From positions 4,278,001-4,342,000 of the forward strand of contig NC_043011.1 in the NCBI RefSeq assembly GCF_006345805.1: 64,000 nucleotides of DNA. The letters are read 5' to 3'. The stretch is from Octopus sinensis (lineage: Eukaryota). The notes beneath the pieces were generated by a model, which was not told the DNA's origin, did not search any database, and worked only from the letters and a program-made list of their open reading frames with translations. Positions 39,217 through 52,856 of the stretch are shown here, in pieces; within the stretch, counting starts at the first letter, position 1; the number at the start of each line of letters is the position of its first letter. A program made the translations under genes and the position numbers.

Positions 39217-40203
39217 CTGGTCTGCAAATACTTTTTACAGCCCTAATCGATGAACAGGTAATCTCACACCTACAGCAGGTGGTGTTTGAAATAGGGACAG
39301 GAGTTATAGATTTCATGTCTTGAGTTTAAGAGAGATTCCAGATCCAGGGAGTCTTTAAGGCTCCTTGCCTGCCCTGCTATGTAAAGCTTGCATCATCTGC
39401 TCCCATTTGTGTAGGACTGCAGCTGCTCTATGATCTCCATTTAATTTCTTATGGAGTTCTTTAATCCTTAAGGTGCCACATATGGCTAGCCAGGGATATG
39501 ATGTAATGTCTTTCTGGAACCCTAAAAGAGGACCTGTGGTTGCACAGGCATATATACATATACATGAATACATACACACACAAGCACATTTATATAATGA
39601 ATAAAAGCATAATTTCACTAATAAATCTCTCCCATTCTAAAGAGAGAATTCACTGGGTGATATCGATGCTGCTGTGAGAATATTTCTCAACACTTCCTTC
39701 TTTTTCATGGTAGGATTTTGTTGGTTAATTAGCATCTGTAGATAAGATAGAATGCATCTATGATACATCTCAACATCCTCCTCTCTGAGCTGCAGCATTC
39801 CCTCCCATTCATTGATGACTGTGTTGCTAGTAAGGAACATTGGGACAGAATTTCATGAAAAGATAGGAGATGTAAACACTTGTCACAACCTGATCATATA
39901 ACATCTTCATCTTTAGTAACCTTACAGGGTTAGCCATGTGTGGCACCTTAAGGATTAAAGAACTCCATAAGAAATTAAATGGAGGATCATAGAGCAGCTG
40001 CAGTCCTACACAAATGGGAGCAGATGATGCAAGCTTTACATAGCACGGCAGGCAAGGAGCCTTAAAGACTCCCTGGATCTGGAATCTCTCTTAAACTCAA
40101 GACATGAGATATATAACTCCTGTCCCCATTTCAAACACTACCTGTTGTAGGTGTGTGATTCCCTGTTCATCGATTAGGGCTGTAAAAAGTACTTGCAGAC
40201 CAG
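39217..40203. repeat. ~275-bp inverted repeat (39217-39491 / 39928-40203) with ~435-bp spacer
   Basis: Arms are reverse complements with only scattered substitutions. Confidence 0.92.
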
Positions 40204-40938
40204 TTTTACATTGTCCAGTTGCTTATAGTTTTCTAGTTAATGTGAGGTATTTGCAACATCACATATAATGTTCTGAAACCTCCACCTAGAGCAGGGTGAA
40301 ATTACATCTGTGTAATAGTCACATCTATCCTTCGGGGGATTTCTCCTTCTAATGGTTCAGTAAAGACAGTGCTAAATGCTGTGCCCCCTGGGTCACACTC
40401 TTTAATTGCTCACAACTATAATGGTTCAACCACTTCCCTACTGAAAGTTCTAATCAACAACAAAATATATTTTCAATTATTATATTATTTTAGATTCCAA
40501 ATAAATTGGTAAAATTTTTCTTTATTTTGGCCTTGTTTCTTTTTCATTTTTGTCAAAGAAAAAAATTTCTAGAAAAGAAAAAAAAAATATCAGTTAACAC
40601 ATTCAGACAAAATTAAAAACGTGAGAAGCTCAGCAGGCAGCCTTGTGTGTTGTGCCATCTCTTGCCACCTCTTTTATATTACATCTGCATTTCTTCTACT
40701 ACCTATCAGCTAAATAATCAGAGAAAGTGTGTGCGTGAGAGAGAGAGAGAGTTATGGAGAGAGATGGTGAAAGCATTCAGTTGTGTCAGATCATTGTTGA
40801 CAAACAAAGAACTTATTTGATGGATGTCTATAATGTCTATTGGCAATTCAATCTAAGTAATTGAAGTAAAGAAAAAGAATGTGTGTATAAACATACATAT
40901 ACACACATATATTTCTATTCATATATATAATTACATAC

Positions 40939-40987
<49 letters not shown>

Positions 40988-42818
40988 AACTCATACCCAC
41001 ACACACACACACATATATATATATACATATGTACATACATACATACATACACACACTCATTTAGTAATGTATATTAAAATTGTTTTACCTTGTGAAAACA
41101 TCTAACAGAGGACACAATATGTTGGGTATAGTAGATAGATATGTTTATTTGAAAATTTAGCTGTCTACTTTACATTTTGCTCCAGGCTGGGCTGTCTACA
41201 GCTGTCAGTCAATGAAAGTGGAGATAATTTCAATAAATCAAGAATTTATTTGGTATTTAATATGCTCTTATTCATCTTTGCTGTTCAAATACATGCCACT
41301 GGCTACTCTGAGTTATTTCTCTTCCTTCATTTTTGTTTCGTTTATGCAAATTTTGCATACGTCTATGTGTCCAGCCTGTTACAGATCAGGTAGGTCAGCT
41401 ACTGTGCTGATGATGGCTATTGAGGTAGAAAGAGATCATTTTCATTATATAGTATGTGTTATGGAAATGCCTTCCTTGGGCCCATTAGACCCTGATGATC
41501 ACACACATACATGCATATGCATATACATGTATATATCATCATCATCACCATTATCATCATCATCAGCTTCATCATTTAATGTCTATTTTCCAGCTGGTAT
41601 GGGTTGGATGGTTTGATTTGATCCACGAGCCAGAGGACAGTGTTGAGCCTCAATGTCTATGGTTTATATGGCTGGATGCCCTCCTTAGTATCAACCAGTT
41701 TACAGAGTGTACTTGGTGTTTTATTCTTGAAACTAGCATGAGTGAGGTTGCCTAGAAAAAGAAGAAGGCTCTTCAACTGATTAAATTTGTAGTAGAGAAG
41801 GACGTGGCTGTATGCTGGGTGTTGAGAGGTTAAAGTATGATTGAAGGACAGGTATAAGTGTCTTACTATAAAAGAGATAGATGGCTACCTTGCATTATAT
41901 AGACGTAAGCAAAAGTAGCTGGAAAGATTGTGAGAGGAGAGTAACAGATGGTTAGGGACGAGAGAAGAGGTTAATGTAATAAATGATATACATTGGTAGA
42001 GGTGTGGTTGGTAGTAAATATCAGTATGAAGAAGAAGGTTAAAAAAATAGTTCAGGATGAAGAGGGATAAGTGGCAGTATAGGATGGGGTGGAAAGCAGC
42101 CTATAGAAAGATCTAAAAGGAGAGATAGAGAGAGATATACAGGAACAGAGATGACTGACACAGGTAGAAGATACTGACAACAGATTTGGGGAAGCATAAG
42201 GGGGTGATTGCAGACATGAGATGGTGTAGCTTAGAAGAGAGAAAGAGTTAACTGGAGGCACAGAATGGCATAATCAGAGGAAAATGAAGTGTAAAGAAAT
42301 TATATTGAGTACGAGGGATGAGACATATGGAGCATGAAAGAGGGAATTAAATATGTGAAGATTCTACTTTCATATGATAACAGCAGCTGGAAATGGCAAT
42401 TGTTAGAGATTCTATGGAGGGATGTGTGTTAGAAAGATGAGATGTAGGGAAAATCTGATGGTGACAGACCAGATGAGGGGCAAGGAGCCATTGTCTGTAG
42501 AGACATGAACCTAATGCTTTTAAGAACTCCCTTTCACTATGATGGCCAGATCTTATTAAGCTCAACAAAATGCCAATCATCTCAGTTCTTGTCTGTCTAT
42601 GACTGCATTCTGTGATGTGTCCTTCCATATTCTAAATGTTAAGATTGAATTTGAGAACAACTTCAATATTTTTATCAAATCAAGTGACTCCTTGTTTGCT
42701 TGTGAAAATCGCATTATGCTTAATTGAGATAACTATTTACAGCTAGATCATTTGACTGAGTATTTTATAGTTAACCCTCTCTGCCTCAGATGCTGAATAT
42801 TGCAAGTCATCTGTTATA

Positions 42819-43215
42819 TCTTTATATATAAAAGAGAGGTTGTGTGTCTGTCTCCTACGATTTAGATTCCTAACTACTCCCACATTTTGCAGTGCAGTTT
42901 AACCAAAACCGGGTATCTTATAGTCGTGATTCATATCGAGCCCTTCTGAGTATTAGCGCGCATCTACGATGAGTCTACGATTTAAAAAAAAATTTACCAT
43001 CATTTTTTCCATTTTAATGCATTTTTTCGCTATTATATAAGGGAAGTAACTCTCTAAAAATGTCTACGATGAGTCAACGATTTAAAAAAAATTTACCATC
43101 ATTTTTTTTCCATTTTTAATGCATTTTTTGGCTTTCTTTTTGGCTATAACTCTCTAAAAATGCTTATATAGTTATTTCCCTTACAAACCCAAACAACGCC
43201 GGGCGATACTGCTAG
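42819..43215 (+). mobile_element. Non-autonomous Helitron with internal ~100-bp tandem duplication
   Basis: A|TC start, CCC..CAACGCCGGG hairpin, CTAG|T end; the TCTACGATGAGTC.ACGATTTAAAAAAA block is duplicated. Confidence 0.85.
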
Positions 43216-43953
43216 TATGCAACAAATTAGTATTGTTTTCCCATTAAACTTACCATTTCTCTCAGCTTTGCTATATATATTGTGTCAGATCTAGTTTACA
43301 TGAAACATTATTGCTGAAACATAAGCTACAGGAAATGGCAAAGGTCAGGTCATTACAATATATGAAGAAAAGTAAAGCATTCATTTTCTTCATCTCTGAT
43401 TATGGAATGAATTATTCAAAATGAAACCTTAAATGCAAACAATATCATGTTTAACAAAGGTCAATGTATCTAGTGGAAAAACCAGGAAATTACTCATTAG
43501 AGAACTCTTCTAATCAAACATTTAAATCTGGTAATGAGCTTTTAAACTGACAAAAGATTATTAGCTTATTTCAGTAACACATTCCCCCAATCCTAGTTAC
43601 TGCTCTGTTCCTATTTGCATATCATAATGATTTCCTTATTCTCTACACTTGTTGTTTGATTTAAAACTTTTTATTTAATGATTTGAGTTCATATATCTGA
43701 GACAGTGCAGAAGCTACTTTCTCCCCCCCCCCTCTCACACACACATATTCTAGATTATTTTAGATTATGTCCAGACACAGGTGCAGCCATGGCTGTGTGG
43801 TAGACGCTTGATTCCAATCATGATTATAGTTCTAACTCCACTGTATGACACCTTGGGCAAAAGTCTTTTTCTGTAGCCCCAGGCTGACCCAAGCCTGTGA
43901 GTGGATTTGATAAATGAAAATTGAAAGAAACCTCTCAGATATATATATATATG

Positions 43954-44016
<63 letters not shown>

Positions 44017-44203
44017 GTATATATGTATATGTATATATGTATATATATATGTATATGTCATCATCATCATCATCATCATCAATTAACGTCCGCTTTCCAT
44101 GCTAGCATGGGTTGGACGGTTCAACTGGGGTCTGGGGAGCCCGAAAGCTGCAATATATATATATATATATACATATGTATATATATATATATATATATAT
44201 ATG

Positions 44204-44571
44204 TACTTTACTTTGATACTTTGATAGGTTTCGGTCATTATTGGCCCAGGCCATGTCTAACTTAATAGCACCACCTGGTGAAGTCTTTCAAGTCAGAATT
44301 TGGGCACTATGGCCCACTCAAGTAGAGAGTTATTGTTTACAGAGACATATCCGGGTGTAGGGGGTTTATCCGGGATTTCTTGAAGGAATCTGTCCAAAGA
44401 CTTCTTGAACCCTATAGGGTCAGTTTCTGTTTTAATGTGTTTTGGTGTAATGTTAAAGAGAGCGGGGCCAATTGAGGTGAAATAATTGTGCCGTATTGTT
44501 GTTATGAGATGAGAGTGCGATTTTTGTTTTGGGCGGATGGCACAGGGCCCAAGCCTTGGATGTACCTTAAA
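44204..44571 (-). mobile_element. CR1-group LINE 3' end, 5'-truncated, with ORF2 C-terminus still open
   Basis: FKVHPRLGPCAIRPKQKSHSHLITTIRHNYFTSIGPALFNITPKHIKTETDPIGFKKSLDRFLQEIPDKPPTPGYVSVNNNSLLEWAIVPKF* (stop 44293-95); short UTR; (ATCAAAGT)n tail. Confidence 0.8.
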
Positions 44572-44586
44572 GGATGTACCTTAATG

Positions 44587-44645
<59 letters not shown>

Positions 44646-44906
44646 ATATATATATATATTAATTTATATATATTGAGGGCATTATTACACATACATGCCA
44701 CACGCTAAGAGGGACATTAGTCATTTCTACCAAAAAATTTTACTAATCATACCCAATGCAATTTTTCCAAACCTAAGATTCCTTATTAAGAAGTTATCCT
44801 TAATTGTTAAATAATTTTATATATATATATATATACATATGTATATATATATATACAACTAGCGTGGAAAACGGACGTTAAACGATGATGATGATGATGA
44901 TATATG

Positions 44907-44952
<46 letters not shown>

Positions 44953-44986
44953 CATATATATATACATATATATATGTGTGTGTGTA

Positions 44987-45036
<50 letters not shown>

Positions 45037-45451
45037 ATATATGTATATTTGTATGTGTGTGTTTGTGTTTGACCCACCACCACCACTGCTTTGCAACTGG
45101 TGCTAGTTTGTTTATATCCTGTAACTTAGCTCTTCAGCAAAAGACACTGATAGGATAAGTACCAGGCCTTAAAAAGATATGTGCTGGGGTTCATTCCCTC
45201 AACTAAAACCCTTCAGTGTGCTGCCACAGCATGGCCGCAGTTGAATGCATTCAGTTTATTGGGAAAAAGCAGTTGTCATGAACTCACCGATGTATTATGT
45301 CTTCTTGTCTGTTTTTCCCAAAACTACAATGGTTTCTGCTTTTATGAATTGGTATACACTGTGTACCATCACTATACTATCAGTATTTCAGTTTGATACT
45401 TTTGGTTTGGTCGTTCTCCCAGGTGTTTCAATGATTCCATGTGAGCCCACC

Positions 45452-46054
45452 TATTTCTTTACTACCCACAATGGGCTAAGCACAGAGGGGACAAACAAGG
45501 ACAGACACACAGATTAAGTCGATTACATCGACCTCAGTGCGTAACTGGTACTTATTTAATCAACACCGAAAGGATAAAAAGCAAAGTCGACCTCGGCGGA
45601 ATTTGAACTCAGAACGTAGCGGCAGACGAAATACCTATTTCTTTACTACCCACAAGGGACTAAACACAGAGGGGACAAACAAGGACAGACACACGGATTA
45701 AGTCGATTACATCGACCCCAGTGCGTAACTGGTACTTATTTAATCGACCCCAAAAGGATAAAAGGCAAAGTCGACCTCGGCGGAATTTGAACTCAGAATG
45801 TAGCGGCAGATGAAATACCTATTTCTTTACTACCCACAAGGGGCTAAACACAGAGGGGACAAACAAGGACAGACACACGGATTAAGTCGATTACATCGAC
45901 CCCAGTGCGTAACTGGTACTTATGTAATCGACCTCGAAAGGATACAAGGCAAAGTCGACCTCGGCGGAATTTGAACTCAGAATGTAACGGCAGACGAAAT
46001 ACTGCTAAGCATTTCGCCTGGCATGCTAACGTTTCTACCAGCTCGCCGCCCTAA
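45452..46054 (-). mobile_element. SINE family B trimer
   Basis: Three units, one head; TSD CATGTGAGC(C/A)CACC at 45438-51 and 46055-68. Confidence 0.9.
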
Positions 46055-46286
46055 CATGTGAGCACACCGTCCATCATGGTCCCCCATGAATGTTCATAAT
46101 TTGTCAACATTTGCCATTCCTCTGTCCTGAAGGAAGTTGTCTACATGCATTTGGTTCTTCCTTCAACTGAATGCCATAAGACCATTTGACACACACGTTC
46201 TTCTGGGTGTCTGATGCAGTGACCAGCAGTTCTCAGTCTTCTCTGCTGAATCTTCTCAGTCTCTTGGGTAGATATTGATAAAGCTG

Positions 46287-46663
46287 TTTGTTTGTTTGTT
46301 CATTGTGCTAAGCGGTCTCTGTCCCAGTGGGAGAACTCCGAAATGTGGTCCTTTGCTATTTGTAAGACCCGCAGAAGAGAAAGCCGGTCAACCCCCGACA
46401 CCGAGAGCATCGACAGATGGCTGAATGCTCATCCAGGCTCAGCGGTTGTGTAGGAAGTCGGGGACAAGAAATAGGAGAAAAAGTGAGAGAAAATTGGAGC
46501 GAAAGAGTACAACAGGTGTTGCCACCACCCCACCTCCCGCCGAAGCCTTGTAGAGCTTTAGGTGTTTTCGCTCAATAAACACACACAATACCCGGCCTGG
46601 GAATCGAAACCGCGATCCGACCGTGGGTCTGCTGCCCTTACCACTGGGCCATTGTGCCTCCAC
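46287..46663 (-). mobile_element. tRNA-headed SINE family D with (AAAC)n tail
   Basis: Head GTGGAGGCACAATGGCCCAGTGGTAAGG...GGTTTCGATTCCC; TSD TGATAAAGCTG at 46276-86 and 46664-74. Confidence 0.85.
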
Positions 46664-47792
46664 TGATAAAGCTGCTCATTGGTTAAAGGCACTCTCCATG
46701 TAACATTCAGAGCCATTCTTAACATTCTTGTGTAGCAGCCATCAATTTGTTTTCCAAGTTTCAACACTGTATAACAAAACTGGAGACAAACAACCTAATT
46801 TTCAATTTCATACCATCTTGGAACTCCAGGTTTTGCACATTTTGTGACTCACACTCCAACCCACTCAATAAACCTGCTTCATTTCCTCTTCTCATTCCTT
46901 ACCCCACCCCCACCTCAAAAAATCAGAACTACTGTGCTCTAGACCTCTTTATTTCCTGCCAACACTTACTGACACCCTTCCACAAAATTGCTGCTACATT
47001 ATTCTGTGACTATCTACAAAGGCTGTTTTGAGAGGAAATAAATCAAATAAACATTGTACTTATTTGCCTAATTGTTTATGAATCATATTTTCTAACTGAA
47101 TTCCTTTAAAAATAAAAAAAGCTACATAAAGGATTCCACACAAGTTAGAATCTTATCATCACCCTTAAAACCTCTTCCATACTGATGAATTCTTTTCTCT
47201 CAGATAATTGTAACTCTTGGGAGCATAACTGTTTAGGATCGGATCACCGGGGAAACTTTTGTACATCATTGTTTCTTGACGTTTCATCAAGATCCACTTA
47301 ACTCATCTTCCTAAGATGCTTGGTATATGTATATATATATTTAAGCAGGTGTGTGTGTGTGTGTATGTATGTGTGTGTGTGTAAAGACAGAAGAAAAAGT
47401 CATCATCATCATCATCATTGTTATCATTTAACATCTATTTTCCAAACTGACATGGGTCAGATGGTTTGACATGAGTTGGTAAGGCCAGGGGCTGTACTAT
47501 GTTCCATTATCTGTTTTGGCATGATTTCAACTGCTGAATGCCCTTCCTAGTGCCAACCACTTTACAGAGTGTAGTTGATGCTTTTTATGTGGCACCAGCA
47601 CCAATGCACTTTGTTACTCCTCTAAATTTCCCATTTTGTGTTTTCAGAAAGCCAAATATATTTTTCTTTGGTCAGTGCTACCTCATTGATTAACTGCTGC
47701 TCTGCATTTTGTTAGCCTTAAGGATGTCGTCTCTAATGTAATTTTTAAATATTTTGTATTATATTTGTCTTTCTGTTTTCTTGTTTATCCAG

Positions 47793-47949
47793 AGACTACA
47801 CACAAAAACCTCGTTTAACAGGAACGCCTGGTGAGAAAGAATTAGTGGATAAAATCTTTAACACATGGAAGGAGAATGGCTTGACTGGCGTTGTTATCAC
47901 ACCATATAGAATTCTTATGTCATATCCAAACATAACTCAACCAAATCAG
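47793..47949 (+). CDS. Internal coding exon of a glutamate carboxypeptidase II / NAALADase-like (peptidase M28B, FOLH1/NAALAD2 family) gene
   Basis: Pyrimidine tract plus AG at 47791-92 and GTAAAT donor at 47950. The 157 nt read as 1 nt + DYTQKPRLTGTPGEKELVDKIFNTWKENGLTGVVITPYRILMSYPNITQPNQ, colinear with human GCPII [51 protein letters not shown] (recalled). Paralog cannot be assigned. Confidence 0.88.
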
Positions 47950-48451
47950 GTAAATATTTCTACTTCCATTCAAAAGGCTTTCATTTACTTTAAGCATGAT
48001 TCTTGTAAGATTAAAGAAATGAAGCACTGACTATGTAGTTAGCAGTTGAAATTTTCCTGCATACATTGTAGTAAGCCAAGAGCTTTTAAATAATTAAAAT
48101 TGCATTTTCAATGATGCAACAATAATTTTCTAACTAACTATTTTGAGTTAAAACAAGAGAAACAATTCCAAAATTTCACTTCGTTAAAATGAATTAATTA
48201 TGGAATGCAGTGGAGAGAGAGTTTGATGTTTAGAGTAAGATGACAACTCCAGACATGTTTCAGTGTTATTAAACCTCCTCAGGAAAGCATACTCTAACTG
48301 GAAGATCTTAGATTACTAGAGAAGTAGACATCCTAGAGCTGCAATAATGATTAAACTGTCCTTCAACTAAAAAGTAAAAAATTGATATTCTACACTAATA
48401 GAATATGTCCTACTATACATGGCTAGCAAAAGAAAAGTTTTTGTACAGATA

Positions 48452-48868
48452 GGCGCAGGAGTGGCTGTGTGGTAAGTAGCTTGCTAACCAACCACATGGT
48501 TCTGGGTTCAGTCCCACTGCGTGGCATCTTGGGCAAGTGTCTTCTGCTGTAGCCCCGGGCCGACCAATGCCTTGTGAGTGGATTTGGTAGACGGAAACTG
48601 AAAGAAGCCCGTCGTATATATGTATATAGGTGTATGTATGTGTGTGTGTTTGTGTGTCTGTGTTTGTTCCCCTAGCATTGCTTGACAACCAATGCTGGCG
48701 TGTTTATGTCCCCGTCACTTAGCGGTTCAGCAAAAGAGACCGATAGAATAAGTACTGGGCTTACAAAGAATAAGTCCTTGGGTCTAGTTGCTCGACTAAA
48801 GGTGGTGCTCCAGCATGGCTGCATTCAAATGACTGAAACAAGTAATAGAGAAAAAGAGTAAAAGAGTA
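48452..48868 (+). mobile_element. SINE family A
   Basis: Full-length copy. Confidence 0.9.
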
Positions 48869-49101
48869 TATTCAGCCTGCTAAAAACAGCTGCTATATGC
48901 CCTACCATCTTATTTGGGAAGAACACATTAGATTGGATGATCAAACCTAGAAGGAATTAAATCATAATTCCATTTGATCAAAAGTGACTTGGGGTGGGTG
49001 GTGAGGGTAACAAACAGGGATAATGGGGTAACAACACACTTTCAACCACTGTCTTTCTTGACCAAGCAGATTGATTAATTTGTTAACTTCAGCACTGTTA
49101 A

Positions 49102-49322
49102 CCCTTTAGCATTTAAATCGGCCATATCCGGCCAAAAGTATTCTGCCTGTTTTATGTTCAAACTGGCCAGATCTGGTCTCTCAGACCAACCCTACAATAT
49201 CGTTTTAAAAATTAACAGTTACCTCATCAAAATTTCATAGCTACAAGATAAGACATGATTAGTTCAAAACAATGTGGATAAAAAAGCATTAATTTTGGCA
49301 GAATGATGCGAACACTAAAGGG
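49102..49322 (+). mobile_element. piggyBac-type MITE, family 2
   Basis: TTAA flanks; CCCTTTAG / CTAAAGGG TIR. Confidence 0.85.
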
Positions 49323-49943
49323 TTAATCAAGTTATGAAAGACTTTTGCCTGTGCTTCTCAGAAAGTTGGAGTTGGAGATCATTGTTAGGCTACTGCTCCA
49401 TAACTCAATACCTCCATATATACACAGAAAAATCAGAAATAGCTATTTTACTGTGGCATTATGATTCATGACGGAAAATGTTTAGTGGATGGACTTAATA
49501 TTTGAAAAGCCAGGTTTTACATTTTTTTTGTCGAATGTTGTAGTTGTAGACCCATTCACGTATGTAACCAACATCTAATGTTATGGAAATGAGTTTAAAA
49601 AGAGGAATCAAAGAAAAACAGCAAACCACGCTGTTGTCAACTCATTGAAATATTCTTGATTCGATGACAGCTTAATAAAATTTTTACTTTCCCTTCTAAA
49701 AGCTAAAACAATGAGATATGACATGAAGATAGATAATATCAGTTACTTAGTCATCGTAGTTTTAAATTTGATATGCATTTATTCCAAGACAGACTTATTC
49801 TAATGAAAGATCATAAAAGTAACAATGACTACATAAGAAATAAGATAGAAACACTTCTATGGAGGTGCTTGCAGAGATCACTCTAAGACTGCTGCTCCAT
49901 AATTCAGTATTCTACATAATAAAAGAAATAACTTTAGACCATA

Positions 49944-50355
49944 TTCTTTTACTCTTTTACTTGTTTCAGTCATTTGACTGCAGCCATGCTGGAGCACCGC
50001 TTTTAATCGAGCAACTCGACCCCGGGACTTATTCTTTTTTGTAAGCCCAGTACTTATTCTAGCGGTCTCTTTTGCCGAACCGCTAAGTAACGGGGACATA
50101 AGCACACCATCATCGGTTGTCGAGCAATGCTAGGGGGACAAACACAGGCACACAAGCATATACACCTACATACATATATATACACATATATACGACAGGC
50201 TTCTTTCAATTTTCATCTACCAAATCCACTCACAAGGCATTGGTCGGCCCGAGGCTATAGTAGAAGACACTTGCTCAAGGTGCCACGCAGTGGGACTGAA
50301 CCCGGAACCATGTGGTTGGTAAACAAGCTACTTACCACACAGCCACTCCTGCGCC
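49944..50355 (-). mobile_element. SINE family A
   Basis: Full-length reverse copy. Confidence 0.9.
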
Positions 50356-50884
50356 TGTTTAACCAATATCACTCTGAATGCCACAGTATTCTATGTGCTC
50401 TTCTTTACAATTGTGTCTACATCAATGCATTACTTTTGCTTCCTGTCCCAAAGAGCAGTATCAGGCCTATTTTACTTACATTGGGTTACTATTTTTATTG
50501 AAACATTCCACCATACTGGTTCTAGCACGTCTTTGGTATGGCCATCAAGGCAATCCTTCATATAGCATTGTCTTGGCAACAGTGTAATGTATCAGAGTAA
50601 GGTAGTATCTTGCAAATAGTTTTGGATGGCTGCTGATGACATGGGTGGTATTTTTCACTCTGGTATGGCAAGCTTGACATTTTCTGTCACAATGGGGAGG
50701 TCTAAAAGCAATTGCTCTTGTTGATTAGATATTTAATAGTTATCTCCTGCTCCTGGACAACAAATGTGAGCCTTTTTCAGTAAGATGTGGTATATTTCTC
50801 CAGGAGAAGCTGCTATTCTTGTCAATGTTGTTGGTACTCTCTTGCTTCAAGGGTATATATTTATGCATTCAAGTCTCTGTTTAA

Positions 50885-51105
50885 CCCTTCCATTACCAGC
50901 CTGGCTGAAACCGGCTCTAGTTCTGAGTACAAATGTCTTGTTTTCATAAGTTTTAAATTAAAATCTTCCAACATACCTTAGTCACAATTTATGTTCCTAA
51001 CACTAGCTGAATGATAACTTGAGTTATTTTACTAAATTCTTTGTTATATTTAAAGTAATTGAAAGAAACATGGAGCATCTCAAAATAAATACAGTAACGA
51101 AAGGG
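50885..51105 (-). mobile_element. piggyBac-type MITE, family 1
   Basis: TTAA flanks at 50881-84 and 51106-09; reverse of the 4679 copy. Confidence 0.85.
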
Positions 51106-51772
51106 TTAAGCTGGTCAGTCCAGTAACACTTGGAGTACCTGTCCAGGAGTTTTTTTTTACCTATCTCACCATGTAATTACCTTCATTGTTAAGTGATGTG
51201 ATGCGCTCATTTCTCTCTTTACTGTCCAGTAGGTGTTGTCTAAGTGATAGGATGCAGAATATTGACTGGCTCGGGCTCCTTCCCACACTTGTCCCTTTAA
51301 CATAGATTCTGTGAGTGTCACTGTTGATGTGGAAGTTACAAGTGATTGCTAGTATTTTTCTAGTCTTGATGTCCAAACTGTAGATTTCTTCAAGTGTCTA
51401 ATCACATATCCTAAACGTTGGTACTAGCACAGGCACAGTGAAAGTATTGTAGGATTTCGTTATATTGAATGCAGGCAGCTCTGACTCTCACAGCTTCTGA
51501 AGTAGTGATTTGTCTCTAGTTATACTTACAGCACCAACATATAAAATATTTTCATTTATCCTGAGGTATTTGTACTATTCATCACCAATGATAGGAATGA
51601 AAGCCAAGCCATTGGTATCTATCTCTTTGCTTGCTTAGTAATTTATTCTTTGTTTCAGTATCAAACATGAACACTTACCCTAATCAAATCCCATTCCTTT
51701 GTCCCTTGAAAATGTTGTGACCATTTCTAAATGTCTGTGGAGTCTTGAATGTTAACTGAAGCATAGCTTTAA

Positions 51773-52856
51773 CCCTTTCGTTACTATATTTCTGACCAAA
51801 ATACACCCCTTATGAGTTTCAATTAAATTCTAAAATAATCATGAATCTAGGCTTGTTTCATTAAATAACTGTAACTTTTTTACTTATCAACATATTAATG
51901 TGATATTTGGAACATAATTAAAGAAAGGGTTCTTAATCAATTCTATTGCATAACTTTTGTCTCAAAGTGACTTTAATTACAGGTAAATCCAGGTAAATTG
52001 GGCAAAAGGTAAAAATATTAAAATTTTGTTTAAACATCACCATAGAAAATGAATCATCAACTAATATTCAAATGGGTATGCAACAAAATTTTGATAAAGA
52101 AGAATTGTGCACATCACTATATCATCAGTTGAATTTAATGCACAACAGGTGTACCATAAAGGTGGAATAAAGTGAAATACAGGAATCCACCGTAAGTTTG
52201 ACCGAACTAAAGAAATCGGTCAAAAAATAATATACGGCCCTGGTTATGGTATGGAAGTGATAAATTCCAGACCACATCGTTCCCTAGGCCATGCTGACTA
52301 ACATTATTTTCCCTGTATAAAAACTAAATCCACGCAGTACCCAGTATTTGCTTCACAAATTTTCCGAAATCTGAACCCCCATTTTGTGTTTGTTTACATT
52401 CTGCGTAAGTTTGTTTCCGCATTGATCGCTTCAAACAATAACTTCCAGACCACATCATACCCTAAGCCATGCTGACTAACATTAGTTTCCCTGTATAAAA
52501 GTTAAATCCACAACAGTACCCAGTATTTGCTTCACAAATTTTCCAATTCGGAATCAATGCTTGATAACATGAAACTCCTATCCATTTTCAAAGTTGAAGA
52601 AAAATCAATGCCGAAAAAAATGTGGAAATAAATCTCCCAAAATTCAGGGAATTAAAATTATACGTCGATCGTTGTACAAAACTGTAGATGAATTGTTTAC
52701 GAAGCATAATCACATGTTTTCACGAATGTACTAAAGAGATTTGCTCTGATATTCTCATTTAAATATGAATAGGTAAATTCGGGCGGCTTTGGGCAGTTTG
52801 GTCACATTAACCAAAATTTTTTTCGGGCTGCTTTGGGCAGTTTGGTAACGAAAGGG
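51773..52856. mobile_element. 1.08-kb non-autonomous piggyBac element
   Basis: TTAA TSD (51769-72, 52857-60); TIR CCCTTTCGTTAC / GTAACGAAAGGG; subterminal repeat TCGGGC.GCTTTGGGCAGTTTGGT twice; internal ~105-bp direct repeat (~52265 and ~52443). Confidence 0.88.

Larger units (their letters stand above)
45300..46770 (-). mobile_element. RTE-clade LINE 3' remnant interrupted by two SINE insertions
   Basis: KQIDGCYTRMLRMALNVTWRVPLTNEQLY (~46665-46760) continues as TEKIQQRRLRTAGHCIRHPEERVS (~46190-46260). Confidence 0.75.
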
